A DNA stretch of 64,000 nucleotides, taken from the NCBI GenBank assembly GCA_000165345.1, contig CM000433.1:960001-1024000 (forward strand), given 5' to 3'. The translations under genes were made by a program, and so were the position numbers. Under the pieces are notes generated by a model, which saw only the letters and a program-made list of their open reading frames with translations, was not told where the DNA came from and ran no database searches. This document shows positions 21,738-32,651 of this stretch, piece after piece. How positions within the stretch are numbered: the stretch's first letter is position 1; the number at the start of each line of letters is the position of its first letter.

Positions 21738-21785
21738 TTAGGGAAAAAAAAAATTTATTTTTTTCTTGGTAAATTTATTTCATAT

Positions 21786-21817
21786 ACCGGTACTAAGGTA
21801 CCGGTGCATGGCGCCAT
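21786..21817. promoter_or_regulatory. Perfect 8-bp-arm inverted repeat accggtac-taag-gtaccggt followed by the palindrome atggcgccat, in a divergent promoter
   Basis: Seen directly between the divergently transcribed genes 20145..21737 (minus) and 21932..23416 (plus). Confidence 0.45.
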
Positions 21818-21931
21818 TCCCCACATCCCAATGCACACGGGGAAAAATGACAATTTTTTTTTTTTAATGAATAAAAATTAATTAATTAACTATTATTCAA
21901 TAAAGGCAGATAACTGAGTAATAATGGACAA

Positions 21932-23416
21932 ATGGATAGAGAATTCTTTGTTTTATTGGTAATAGCCATACTGATGAGTTTGAGAATAAGTTGTTATAAA
22001 TGCGATAATCAAGCTGTGAAAAATGTAAAACCAATAATAAGTGAATTATTTGATATGTTACTGGAAAATATTGAAGCTAAAAGAAAAGAAGAAATTCAAT
22101 TTAATGAAACTTTTCTTGAGAATGGAAAGGACTTGAATCATTATATAGATAATAATAAGCCAACAAAATTAACTAAAATTACAAATACAATATATGAAGC
22201 AAATCAAGACAAAGTCGAAATTATTGATAGAGAAATATCAATCTTAGATGGTCAAATGAGCTTGAGACTAGGAATTGTTGTTAATTTGCTCTATGGAAAC
22301 CAATCAGTTTTGGTACTTAAACTATGGAATGAAAGTTACTCTAAGATTAGTAAAAATTACAGTCTATTGTGTTCTTCATCCAACATAAATAGTAACTTTA
22401 TAACGAATCCTTCAGAATATAGAGAAATTCATAATACCAATAAGAATTATTTATTATTTGAGATGAAACAAGAAATATCAAATATAAACGAAAAGACATT
22501 TTTGTTATGCCTTTCAGATAGTATCACCAGTAATCATTCAATATATATTACAAAACTTTCATTTTCTTCTAATAATGAACTAAAGGAAACTAATCATTAT
22601 AAAGAAAAGAACCTAAATCAATTTGAGGAATTCGAATCTAAAAGTGATCTAGTAGGAAAACATGAAATTCTTGAATTAAATCAGCAAGAAAATGATGATC
22701 AGATTCTGGTCAGAACAAAAGTACCAAGTGGTCAGAATTGCTCAGATTTCAAGCTTATATTACTAAGTAATCAGAAAAACTCAATTACAAATGGCGAGCT
22801 ACTTCCTGAAACAAAAACTACAAACAACTATGAGAATATTTGCTTTTGGAGTTTAAAACTCGAAAATACTCAATTCAAAGATTCAAATCTACTGGAAATT
22901 GTGCAAAGACACAAAAACAGTGGGGCTACATTTACTATAGCCAAAGTGAATCCAACCCCTATAAACTATAAATATGGTAAAAGGAGTCAATTCATGCTTT
23001 CTAAGTCATTCTTATTTAAAATACTCCTTTTGGTTCTAAACCTGATTCCTGTTACACTGCTTACACTAGGAGTCTATTTAATTATTGCCGAAATTTGGAC
23101 AATCATATCCTCAAAAGTCTTAGAAAATAAGAAATGTCTTAGTAACGCTATATTCAAATCTAGTAAATGTCAACAAAGAACTAATGTTTCTAAAAAAACT
23201 ATAAGCAATAGAGAAAATGATACCAATAATAACTGGATTGACAAAAGAAAAGAAACAAAACCAATTCAATTCTCCAGCTTTAACATTGTTACCAGCAAAA
23301 ATCTTAATTCCGAAGAATCTGGATTCTCATCAGGAGAAAATGAGCCAGTTGTCAAAGGTGACCCCTACAGATATTTTGACTCTGATTGCTCAATTAGCAC
23401 TCACACAGGTATTTAG
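21932..23416 (+). CDS. Hypothetical type-I membrane or secreted protein (signal peptide, one C-terminal TM, N-glycosylation sites)
   Basis: N-terminal hydrophobic leader MDREFFVLLVIAILMSLRISC and a C-terminal TM segment ILLLVLNLIPVTLLTLGVYLIIAEIW. No homology recognised. Confidence 0.5.
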   Translation: MDREFFVLLVIAILMSLRISCYKCDNQAVKNVKPIISELFDMLLENIEAKRKEEIQFNETFLENGKDLNHYIDNNKPTKLTKITNTIYEANQDKVEIIDREISILDGQMSLRLGIVVNLLYGNQSVLVLKLWNESYSKISKNYSLLCSSSNINSNFITNPSEYREIHNTNKNYLLFEMKQEISNINEKTFLLCLSDSITSNHSIYITKLSFSSNNELKETNHYKEKNLNQFEEFESKSDLVGKHEILELNQQENDDQILVRTKVPSGQNCSDFKLILLSNQKNSITNGELLPETKTTNNYENICFWSLKLENTQFKDSNLLEIVQRHKNSGATFTIAKVNPTPINYKYGKRSQFMLSKSFLFKILLLVLNLIPVTLLTLGVYLIIAEIWTIISSKVLENKKCLSNAIFKSSKCQQRTNVSKKTISNRENDTNNNWIDKRKETKPIQFSSFNIVTSKNLNSEESGFSSGENEPVVKGDPYRYFDSDCSISTHTGI

Positions 23417-23446
23417 AACATTTAAATGAAAGATACCTTCATATAA

Positions 23447-26400
23447 TTATCCCCTCTTCTTCAAAACCCAATAGTTCTCCTTACTAGTCACGTTATTTGA
23501 CTTATTTAATGTGCAAATCTGTTTTAAGATCTTCCTAAATAAGCCATGATTTGAATCAGGTATTAACTCCCCAAAACTACTCAATAAATCATCTGTACTT
23601 GTCCTTATCCCCAATCTCTCCCTCTTCATAAAATACTCCGTCAACCTTCTTCTTATCGTCTCCTCGTCCCATCCACCTGTATTATATCTATTACCATCCT
23701 CACTACCTTCCAAGGAATTGAACCCGCCTCCTCCCTGTATAACTCGTTGGCGCTTCAAATTACGCAAAATAAAGGAACTTGGCGCGCCCGCCTGACCGGA
23801 TTTACCGGTCCATGTGGGAACACTATAATCATAATTGCTTCTTTCAATTTCTGATTGTTTTATCAACTCAACCGAAGTTTTAATAATTTCATTTGTGGCT
23901 TCTGCCAGATCATCACTTAAATAACCACTGTACAAGTGTGTGCTTCTTTCAGTATGAGAATTTGCCGAGCAACTACTATTGTTTGAACTACCAATACTAT
24001 TAGAAACCAAGTTATCGTCATTATTGTCACCTAAAATACTCATTATAGCGTTATGCTCAGATTTAGCATCAAAAGTTATCTCTCCAAAAAGATTTAGTTC
24101 ATCATTTATTACTTCTTTCTTGCCTGAATTTTTTGATCTACGATTGTCAAAATCATCATATCCTCCCTTATCGTACATATCAAAGTCATCAAAATAGCTA
24201 GAGTGTGTATTTCCGTCTTTTCTTTGTCTTGTTTTTCCTCCCCAAATATTTTTAATATTTCTTATGTAATTAGAAACTAACTTTGGATCAGAAACGTAGT
24301 TCTTTGGTTTTCTGGGTTTCTTAACTAACTCGTTAAAATTTGTCCAATTTAAGCTTGATTGGCTTTTTGGATCTTTAAGTATTTGTTTTGCAATAAACTC
24401 TTTAAAAAGTTGTCTTTGGAAAATCTTCTCTTCTATTGTGTCTCTAGTGATTAGTCTATAAACTATTACTTCTTTCTTTTGTCCTATTCTCCAACATCTT
24501 TCTTTAGCTTGAACATCTGTCATAGGGTTCCACCAAGGATCATATAAAATTACTCTATTTGCTCCAGTAATATTTAAACCAACTCCTCCAACTCTAGATG
24601 TTAAAATAAATAAGAAAATAGATTGATTTTGATTAAATCTTTTTACTAATGAAAATCTTGTACTTAAAGGAGTCGAGCCATCTAAAGTTAAAACATCTTT
24701 ATTTGGTATCAACCCAAGATCTTTCTCTAAAAGAGCAGAAAGAAGCTTTAAAGTTCTTACTCCTTGAGTAAAAATAAGTACCCTGTGTTCTTTCTTATCT
24801 CTCCAAAGTTTCAATATTGACATTAATGCCTGATATTTTCCACTATCTCTTCCATTAACATTAATATTTCTTAAATATAAACTATTCTCATCTGAATTAT
24901 CATCAGATCTTCTATTTCTTAAAGTTCTATTCCAACTTAATTCAGTATTTAAGCCATTTTCGTCTTCTTGATCTTCATAAAAATCAAAATCTGAATCAAT
25001 TTCTCCATTTTTGTTTTGTCTTCTAACTAATTTTAATAGTTCTGGATGATTACATGCTTCTCTTAAAATATTTAATAAAGCAAAATACTTTGAAATCCCA
25101 TACATCTTGTTCTTAACTAATTGTTTAGCTTGTAGAAGATCCAAACAATTACAATAAACATCATATTGTACAGGAGTTAAATTACAAAACAATACATGTT
25201 CTGCTTGAGATGGTAACTTTAATATATCTTGTAGTTCATGTTTTCTCCTTCTTAATATGCATGCTTTAATAAGTTCTTGTAGAATTCGAGTGCAATTTAA
25301 AGCTCTCATAGTTTGAACTTTTGCAGCATTCCTCAATTCTGCTTGTTTAATAGGAAGTACAAATTGTTGTTCAAAAACAGGTAATGTCCCAAGTTTTCCT
25401 GGATAAACAAAATCAATAAGGCTCCATAACTCCTTTAAATCATTTTGTATTGGTGATCCAGATAATAAAAGCCTATTACAAGTACCTAATGATTTTACTG
25501 CTAAAGTAATTCCAGAATCAGGATTTCTAATTTTATGTCCTTCATCTAAAATTACATAAAACCAACTAATTTGTCTCAAAGTTTGTAAATTACGTCTTAA
25601 AGTTTCATAAGTTGTAATAACCAAAAGCTCAGTACTTACTTTCTCCACCTCTCTAAGTTGATCAAACATTGTTCTTCTTTCACTTTCACCTTTTCCATGA
25701 AACAAAATAATTCTTATTGGATAGTACCATTTATTAAATACTTCAATCCAATGAGAAATTAATGTAGCAGGAAGTACCAAAAGTACCATTTTACAGTTAT
25801 TTGTATCAAAACTGGATTCTTCGTATTCAACAGTACTTGATGTATTTAAGGATGATAAAGATTCATCTGGTAACTTTTTAATAAATTCTGTCTCAATTTT
25901 AATATTCGGTACCATATTCATACTAGAAAAATTTGATCTAGAAACTATTTCTGAATTTGGATTTAATTCTGATTTTAATTGAGATTTAATAAAGTTTGCT
26001 TCATCATCTAGAAAAGCTTCTTGGTTACGTTTAAATGTGATAAATAATGCTGCAATAAATGAAGTCACAGTAATAGACTTTCCTAATCCCATTTCATCTG
26101 CAAGTATTCCTCCATGGTTATTGCAATATAATCCCCACATCCAAAGTACTCCCTCTTTCTGATGTGGATATAAGGCATTCCAGATTTTGTCCCAAATGAA
26201 TAGCTGACTATTTTCTGACTCTCTTGAAATCTTAATGATCTTTAAACTATCTCTTTCACAATTTGTATGATAAGTGCTATCACTATTGGTATTACTACCT
26301 TCAAGACTTTCATTAATTTGGTTAATTCTGTTTCTGCTTTTCAAAACTCTAGATTTGTATCTTTCTAAGTCTAAGTCATCTTTTACTTCGAGACATTCAT

Positions 26401-26992
26401 CTACAAAGGTATCCATTTCAATAACATGTTCAGAAACAGGTTCAAGTTCAGATTCAGGTCTAGATTCTGAGATAGATTCAAGTCTAGATTCAGGCCTAGA
26501 GTCGTTTCCAAGATCATTTGCAGATGTATGAATTGATTCACCTTGATTGCTTGAAATATTCCCGTTACCTAATTCAGTTTTAGTAAGTTTGGATATAGAA
26601 GTTTCTTCTTCAAGTCCAGATAAAGTATCTTTATCTAGGAAAGAGCTTCCAAGCCTTTTGGAAGCTCTTTTCCTCTTTGATGGCTTATTTGATGTATTAA
26701 AATGGGATTTCATTTGTTCAAAAATATTGTTACTTACTTCGTTCGCATCTACCAAAGAAACTCCAAGATCTCTGAGTTCCTGAGCCTCTGAGTTATCAAA
26801 GTAAGTATCTAAAATATTTTGGTTTTCATAGAATGAGACAATTCCGTCATCTTGGATCCCCTCATCTTCCTTTTCCTGTTCTTTCTCATATCCTCCTTCC
26901 TCTTCTTCAAAATTACCCAATTCTGTTGAATTATTTCCATTTGTCGGGCTCTGATCAGCCTCTTTCTTAATATAAACTATAGATTCATCCAT
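23447..26992 (-). CDS. ERCC6: SNF2-family DNA-dependent ATPase, ERCC6/CSB/Rad26-like (transcription-coupled repair)
   Basis: Motif I LADEMGLGKS and motif II ILDEGHKIRNPDS. Motif III LLSGSPIQNDLKELWSLIDFVYPGKLGTLPVFEQQF is near-identical to the CSB signature. Helicase C block GGVGLNITGANRVILYDPWWNP...QAKERCWRIGQKKEV. Acidic Ser/Glu-rich N-terminus. Confidence 0.8.
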   Translation of the reverse strand: MDESIVYIKKEADQSPTNGNNSTELGNFEEEEGGYEKEQEKEDEGIQDDGIVSFYENQNILDTYFDNSEAQELRDLGVSLVDANEVSNNIFEQMKSHFNTSNKPSKRKRASKRLGSSFLDKDTLSGLEEETSISKLTKTELGNGNISSNQGESIHTSANDLGNDSRPESRLESISESRPESELEPVSEHVIEMDTFVDECLEVKDDLDLERYKSRVLKSRNRINQINESLEGSNTNSDSTYHTNCERDSLKIIKISRESENSQLFIWDKIWNALYPHQKEGVLWMWGLYCNNHGGILADEMGLGKSITVTSFIAALFITFKRNQEAFLDDEANFIKSQLKSELNPNSEIVSRSNFSSMNMVPNIKIETEFIKKLPDESLSSLNTSSTVEYEESSFDTNNCKMVLLVLPATLISHWIEVFNKWYYPIRIILFHGKGESERRTMFDQLREVEKVSTELLVITTYETLRRNLQTLRQISWFYVILDEGHKIRNPDSGITLAVKSLGTCNRLLLSGSPIQNDLKELWSLIDFVYPGKLGTLPVFEQQFVLPIKQAELRNAAKVQTMRALNCTRILQELIKACILRRRKHELQDILKLPSQAEHVLFCNLTPVQYDVYCNCLDLLQAKQLVKNKMYGISKYFALLNILREACNHPELLKLVRRQNKNGEIDSDFDFYEDQEDENGLNTELSWNRTLRNRRSDDNSDENSLYLRNINVNGRDSGKYQALMSILKLWRDKKEHRVLIFTQGVRTLKLLSALLEKDLGLIPNKDVLTLDGSTPLSTRFSLVKRFNQNQSIFLFILTSRVGGVGLNITGANRVILYDPWWNPMTDVQAKERCWRIGQKKEVIVYRLITRDTIEEKIFQRQLFKEFIAKQILKDPKSQSSLNWTNFNELVKKPRKPKNYVSDPKLVSNYIRNIKNIWGGKTRQRKDGNTHSSYFDDFDMYDKGGYDDFDNRRSKNSGKKEVINDELNLFGEITFDAKSEHNAIMSILGDNNDDNLVSNSIGSSNNSSCSANSHTERSTHLYSGYLSDDLAEATNEIIKTSVELIKQSEIERSNYDYSVPTWTGKSGQAGAPSSFILRNLKRQRVIQGGGGFNSLEGSEDGNRYNTGGWDEETIRRRLTEYFMKRERLGIRTSTDDLLSSFGELIPDSNHGLFRKILKQICTLNKSNNVTSKENYWVLKKRG

Positions 26993-27444
26993 AAAATATA
27001 AAAGAATTAAGTAAACCTAGAACTATATTAGAAATTATGACGCTTATATTGCATATATTAGCTTTAATTGTCCTAAACTCTCGGAAATTCTTCTCTTTCT
27101 TCCACCAAGAATCAACTCAAATATCTCTTATATACCTTAAATTAGTTCATTAATTAGTAAAGTTATTTAATTCTCTACTCGTAATAGATACCTTAATAGA
27201 TTTCTGACAACTCCTGCAATTCAACACACCTATAATATTTATCTTGTTTTACCGCCTAAATGGAAAAGTCAATCAAATAAATCATTACATGCAGGCAGAG
27301 AAAAAAAGAAAATCTATTCTAAAAAAACCTACCAGTTGGATTTGTACAAAATAACAATTTAATGAAATTGGTTATATTAGCTTAAATTTGTTTTTGGCCT
27401 TTTTTTCTCTCTATTTTTAACATTCAATTTATAAATAATCCAAA

Positions 27445-27457
27445 TTTCCCGCCAAAA
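27445..27457. promoter_or_regulatory. Canonical E2F site TTTCCCGCCAAAA in the ERCC6 / 27858-gene divergent promoter
   Basis: Exact reverse complement of TTTTGGCGGGAAA. Confidence 0.5.
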
Positions 27458-27857
27458 CACTAGTGGCAATTAAATATTTTATAAGGCATGAATAAATAAT
27501 AGCAATTAAAAATATATTTGTATATTTATTGCATATAAAAAGATTTAAAAAAAAATCTGATTTAAAAATAATTTCAGATAGGAAAATTATATTAGTAAGA
27601 AAAGTTAAAGGTATAAATTGCAAGATTGAAGTTAAGTTTTTATGTAAATTCAACGATAGAGAAAAAATTAAGTGCACATAGAAACCAATAGTTGGATTGT
27701 GGGAGTCTCTAATGATTAAATATATATATCAAAAAGGGCCCAGAAAAAGTAATATTTGCACGTGTGTGCTCCATAAATTCTTCCTCAATATAAAGCAGAA
27801 TTAATTACTACACGGATTAGACTTAAGAAAACGATTTTTAAATTTGAATCTTAAAAC

Positions 27858-29942
27858 ATGCCAATAGGACATTACAATAGTAATAAAATAGTAGATAAAG
27901 TACTAGAGTCAGAACTAACTAATCCAAGATTACTAGCTTGGTCTGTAATAATTAAAGATGGGCAACCAGTTTATAATAATGATATTTTAAGGGTTAGCGA
28001 TAAAATAACAGCTCTTGAACAGAATTCTCTAAACTCAAATAGTTCTTTAGAGAATTCAAAACATTTTCTTTCTCCAAGAAGTAAGGAAATACGGTCTAAA
28101 AAGGAGGAAAGCAACTTTTCTAAGACTGATGTTGGTAATTTTTTATGTAAAACAGTGAATGAAGAAAGTGGAGTAAATGAAATAAATTGCAATATAGTTA
28201 AAAAAGATTTCAGTATATGGAGATGTTTATATTGGCCACAAATTGCAATAAATCCAATATATTCTGGTGGATATGGTAAGATGAGAATAGCTCTATGCTT
28301 GAATAAGATAATAACATCATTACAAGAAAAAAATCAGAATCGTGGATCGTTTGGAAGAGTAAATCAAGAAAAAGAAGAGCATATCGAATTATTGCCATAT
28401 GTAAGAATTTTATATAATAAAGAACTTTTATTTCAGTCTTGTATTGTGAAAAAGAACATTTGTATAATTCTTGAGATAGAAGTCCACCATCCACTAAGCA
28501 GAATTATTATTGAAATCTACGACTTAGATGATTCAGATCCATCTTTAATCAACAATAATGATGATATGATCGGTTATATAATAATACCAGTAGGAGCACA
28601 TTCAAATAGAAAACCACTTGAGAGCAGATTAATAATAGCTTCGGATGATGATGCTAGGATATTATATATTAGAAAGTCCCAACAAAAAAAAGTTCATAAT
28701 GAAAATTTAATGGCTCAGAAATTACTTAGATTTCCAATAAAAAGCTGTGAAAGGCAATTGAATAAGAATGAACCAGAACAAGATAGATTTAGTGAATTTA
28801 AGGATGAAGAGGATATGTTAGGAGATGATCCAGTAAGAAATTTTAGTAAAGAAAGTCTGGATGGGCATATTATGAATGAATTACCAAATAGTATATATTT
28901 TGAGCTGGCAAATCAGATGGTCAAAGATGCTATCGAATTTAGCCATAGTGCTGAAATAAAGTATAAATCAATTGGAATACTTCAAGAGCCTCATTGTAGC
29001 TTTGTAATTCAGGTTTTCTCAGAAATTAAATGGTCAAGACTTTCGATTATTCCACGCGAGATTATTGCTCTTTATCTTCCGGAACCTGAAGCTGGGCAAA
29101 ACTTTAAATATAATAACAATAGTAAGAATTATAGCTTATACGATAAAAAAATGAATGATATTAATCTTGAAATTAATATAAAGGCGATAATTAACTCAAT
29201 GATATTATTAAAAGAAATATATGATTCTGAATGTGTCTTTCCATACAAAGAATATATTTGGAAGCTTTTGAATTGGGAATCACAATTGCACTCTTTGTTT
29301 GCTTTAAGTATTATATGGTATTTATCATTTAATCCCAAATATATTTTCTCGTTTGTATTTTTACTTGGACTAATAATATTATTCATAAGTTTTGATAAAA
29401 GGAATCTTGCTTTAAATTTAGAAAGTTCAGTTTCCAAAAATTTAAAAACTTTAAATTCTTTAGGAAATGATGATGAATTATTAGAAGATAATGTTTTATG
29501 CTCTCCAATTAAAAATAATAACCACATAAAACTTCAATCTTTAAGTCCCAATTCAATAATTATTGACAGCTATGAAGCAAAGAAGTCAGTAGAAAGTGTT
29601 GACTTTATAATTTTGGAGAATCTTTTAAAATCACAAATTTTTTCACCAAAAACTATTAAATATATCAACAAATTGTCTTATATACTTGAGAAATCAGCGA
29701 TATTTATTCATGAAATGATTAAACTCCACTTTTGGAATAATTCTTTTAAAAGTTTAGTATTAACTTGCGTATATTCAGTACTTCTTCTTATATCATTAAC
29801 ATACTCGAATGAATTCTGCAAATATATGCAGTATTTTTTTCTGATAATAATTCTTCTTCCATCAACATATTTCCTTCCTCAAATTAAAGGAATAATAAGA
29901 ATTATCAAATCATATAAGAAATTTAAGAGATTGAAAAGATGA
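27858..29942 (+). CDS. Hypothetical protein with a possible C2-like domain and C-terminal TM helices
   Basis: Segment IIIEIYDLDDSDPSLINNNDDMIGYIIIPVG resembles a C2 beta-sandwich Asp cluster. Two or three hydrophobic helices lie near the C-terminus. Weak evidence. Confidence 0.3.
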   Translation: MPIGHYNSNKIVDKVLESELTNPRLLAWSVIIKDGQPVYNNDILRVSDKITALEQNSLNSNSSLENSKHFLSPRSKEIRSKKEESNFSKTDVGNFLCKTVNEESGVNEINCNIVKKDFSIWRCLYWPQIAINPIYSGGYGKMRIALCLNKIITSLQEKNQNRGSFGRVNQEKEEHIELLPYVRILYNKELLFQSCIVKKNICIILEIEVHHPLSRIIIEIYDLDDSDPSLINNNDDMIGYIIIPVGAHSNRKPLESRLIIASDDDARILYIRKSQQKKVHNENLMAQKLLRFPIKSCERQLNKNEPEQDRFSEFKDEEDMLGDDPVRNFSKESLDGHIMNELPNSIYFELANQMVKDAIEFSHSAEIKYKSIGILQEPHCSFVIQVFSEIKWSRLSIIPREIIALYLPEPEAGQNFKYNNNSKNYSLYDKKMNDINLEINIKAIINSMILLKEIYDSECVFPYKEYIWKLLNWESQLHSLFALSIIWYLSFNPKYIFSFVFLLGLIILFISFDKRNLALNLESSVSKNLKTLNSLGNDDELLEDNVLCSPIKNNNHIKLQSLSPNSIIIDSYEAKKSVESVDFIILENLLKSQIFSPKTIKYINKLSYILEKSAIFIHEMIKLHFWNNSFKSLVLTCVYSVLLLISLTYSNEFCKYMQYFFLIIILLPSTYFLPQIKGIIRIIKSYKKFKRLKR

Positions 29943-29983
29943 TTTAGGAAGGAAAAACTTTCCACCCCCCCTAAGCTTAAGTT

Positions 29984-31540
29984 CTATATGAATCTGAAGT
30001 ATGGTATATATTCAATAGAGTTTGCCATTTCAATCCTTTCACTGCTAGGATTTTCTGATAAATATTCACCTTGAGTTGATTTTGGAGTCGTTATAATCTT
30101 TTGTACTAAAAATAATAACATTTCGTGAATAAAAAAAATTGCAATAATTATCCAAAAAAATTGATCAATATTTATCTCACTTTTTTCTCCATTTATATTT
30201 GATACTATATTTTTTGCCACGTCATTTTTCCAAACATAATTTTTTATTGCATGCAAATATGTGGGCACATTAAAATTACCGGTATTTGCATGCAACCATT
30301 GCATATCATCACTATTTGCGTTGAAAGGAATAATGATAATAATAAGTATAGAAATAAGAAATTCCATAGATCTAAGTGAAAGCAAGGAGCATGTAATACA
30401 AACGTTATGTTTAATTCTGTTTTGAGACGTTAATAATAAGGGAAGAACTCCAAATATGTTAATAAAAAGTCCAATAATTAAATTAGTTATTGGAGAATTG
30501 TGGAATGAAAAACACATACCCATAAAAATTAATTGTAAAGTTGTTGTAATTAAAAAATTCCATGGCCAAAAAGACATTTGAATTAGTAAATATATTATTG
30601 AAAATTTTAAGAGAATGTCTAGAAATTGATACATTATCAATAAAAATGAATATATAAATACTAGTCTATATATTGACCATTTTGATTTTTCTGATAATTT
30701 TATTGGTATTACTCTTGGAGCTATAACATACTTATTGTAATATATATCTGAGTTATTCACTGAAAAAAATAATTCGTTTCTGAGATTTAATTCATTTAAA
30801 TCTTCATTATTTGTTAAATTAACAAATTGAAGATTTTTTAATAAAGAAGTACTTGATACAAAGTACTTCAACCAGGAAATACTTAAAGGATTAATTGCAT
30901 TCTCAAGTAATAACTGTTCATCTCTAATTAAATCATTCAATATTTGAGAATTATTACCAATATCTTGTCTACTTTCTCTAATTAATGATGTAATATTAAG
31001 GTTTCTTCCATTCATAAAGGATTCATCCTGGATATGTGGCCCTATTTCTTCATTAGATACTACCCTTTTAAGCTCATGGCAATAAAATATATCCATTATA
31101 ACATCAAATATTGATAAATAAGTTAAATGAACCATTGAAATTACAAATCCTGTAAAACATAACTTGACTAAATCTTCAAAATACCATTTTTCTAAATCAT
31201 TGGGACCAACGTTTATACTACCCATACTTAAGCCTATTAAATTAGTAAATGCAAAACTTTCATATCCCATTATCATTATATCTAAAAATACAAATATTAA
31301 AGGTACAGTTTTTAATATAGAAGTAGCTAATCTTTTTTCATTAAATAAATTTTCATATTGATTTAATTCTGAACAATTGAAATAATTATTAAGGATTTTG
31401 TAGAATTGTCTCATGCCTTTTATTACATTTCCAAATCCTATGTCAATAAAAACTAACAAGCCGTTAATAACATTCTTTTCATAAAATCTTGAAATTGAAT
31501 TATAGATAGATGGTGAATAAATAATAAAGATTACAACCAC
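29984..31540 (-). CDS. Hypothetical polytopic membrane protein, 518 aa
   Basis: Long ORF with 8 or more hydrophobic helices. Convergent with the preceding gene, with only about 40 bp between stops. Confidence 0.5.
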   Translation of the reverse strand: MVVIFIIYSPSIYNSISRFYEKNVINGLLVFIDIGFGNVIKGMRQFYKILNNYFNCSELNQYENLFNEKRLATSILKTVPLIFVFLDIMIMGYESFAFTNLIGLSMGSINVGPNDLEKWYFEDLVKLCFTGFVISMVHLTYLSIFDVIMDIFYCHELKRVVSNEEIGPHIQDESFMNGRNLNITSLIRESRQDIGNNSQILNDLIRDEQLLLENAINPLSISWLKYFVSSTSLLKNLQFVNLTNNEDLNELNLRNELFFSVNNSDIYYNKYVIAPRVIPIKLSEKSKWSIYRLVFIYSFLLIMYQFLDILLKFSIIYLLIQMSFWPWNFLITTTLQLIFMGMCFSFHNSPITNLIIGLFINIFGVLPLLLTSQNRIKHNVCITCSLLSLRSMEFLISILIIIIIPFNANSDDMQWLHANTGNFNVPTYLHAIKNYVWKNDVAKNIVSNINGEKSEINIDQFFWIIIAIFFIHEMLLFLVQKIITTPKSTQGEYLSENPSSERIEMANSIEYIPYFRFI

Positions 31541-32064
31541 AAAAAGAGACCAATAATTACTAAAATTTATTCATTTTGAGGTCATTAATAGTCAATTAAA
31601 AGATGAAGTTCCAACTTACTATAAGTATAATTTGGTTAATAAAAAAATTTCAAAAATGAAAGAAATCAAGGTTAATAAAACAGAAGTTGTTTCTCTAAAA
31701 GAGTTTCAAATATAAAAAGTTGACTGATTGTCCATTATTTTGGGCAATTTCTTTTTTTTATTTCCCCACAGTTTGCTTACCTTATTAATAGTAAAAAATT
31801 CCTATTTTCAGAAATTTCTGGATATATACAAATCTGATTGTAGTTCATGATTTCAAGTTTATTTCATGTTCTATATCGCCATATTATCTTTAATTCAAGC
31901 AAATAATTTGAAAAAAAAAATTATATTTTATATTCAGAAATTGCATTTCTGCATACATGAATTTTTATTATTAGTGCAACGTTGATAAAATTAAAAAAAA
32001 AAAAAATATGAAAACTACCCGCCAAACCACCTCTTAAAAATTGTTATTTGAAAATAATTAATTA

Positions 32065-32586
32065 ATGAATTCAATAAAATTATTAAACTTGAAGGTAGTT
32101 CAAAATTTAAGTAAATTCAACACCCAATACAAAGTTTTTAATTTCAGAAAATCTATTAGCACATTAAAATTCTTATGTGATAGGAATTCTAAGTTTGTTC
32201 CTCCATTAGCACATAATTTATTGAAATTAAAAAAGAATAGAATTTATACAAATTCCTCGGACATCTCTCAATTCAGCTCAAAAACTGAAGGGTTATTTTT
32301 TGAAATTGAAAAAAAATTGAGCGATCTTCTTGATAATGGTTTGCTTTCCGATATTGACCTTCATGATGAATTTATGAATATTTCTTTCAATCTTAATGGA
32401 GAAAAAAACACCATTGTCATTTCAAAACAGCCTGCAACTAATCAAATTTGGTACTCATCTCCTTTGAGAAAGCCAGATTACTTTGAATTCAACTCTGATT
32501 GGAGGTCAAATCGAACAAATAAAACTCTTTTTGAAGTTTTAAATGATGACTTATATAAGGCTACTGGAATACATGTCAATTTATAA
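32065..32586 (+). CDS. FXN: Frataxin (CyaY family), probable mitosomal Fe-S cluster assembly factor
   Basis: Conserved frataxin core VISKQPATNQIWYSSPLRKPDYFEF (compare [25 protein letters not shown]), with an upstream acidic helix region and an N-terminal presequence-like extension. Confidence 0.8.
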   Translation: MNSIKLLNLKVVQNLSKFNTQYKVFNFRKSISTLKFLCDRNSKFVPPLAHNLLKLKKNRIYTNSSDISQFSSKTEGLFFEIEKKLSDLLDNGLLSDIDLHDEFMNISFNLNGEKNTIVISKQPATNQIWYSSPLRKPDYFEFNSDWRSNRTNKTLFEVLNDDLYKATGIHVNL

Positions 32587-32588
32587 AA

Positions 32589-32651
32589 TTTGGCGCCAAG
32601 CCCTATTTCTTTTTTGTTTAAATGGCCATGCTATTAAACTCATTGGCGCCA
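32589..32651. promoter_or_regulatory. Two TTGGCGCCA motifs in the 170 bp spacer between frataxin and the METTL10-like gene
   Basis: tttggcgccaag and cattggcgccacg seen directly. Confidence 0.45.

Noticed and set aside
23750-23830. GC-rich patch (ggcgcgcccgcctgaccgg) that looks like the promoter GC boxes
   Set aside because: Lies inside the ERCC6-like CDS, where it encodes a Gly-rich stretch (QGGGGFNSLEG). It reflects coding GGN codons and is not intergenic regulatory sequence.
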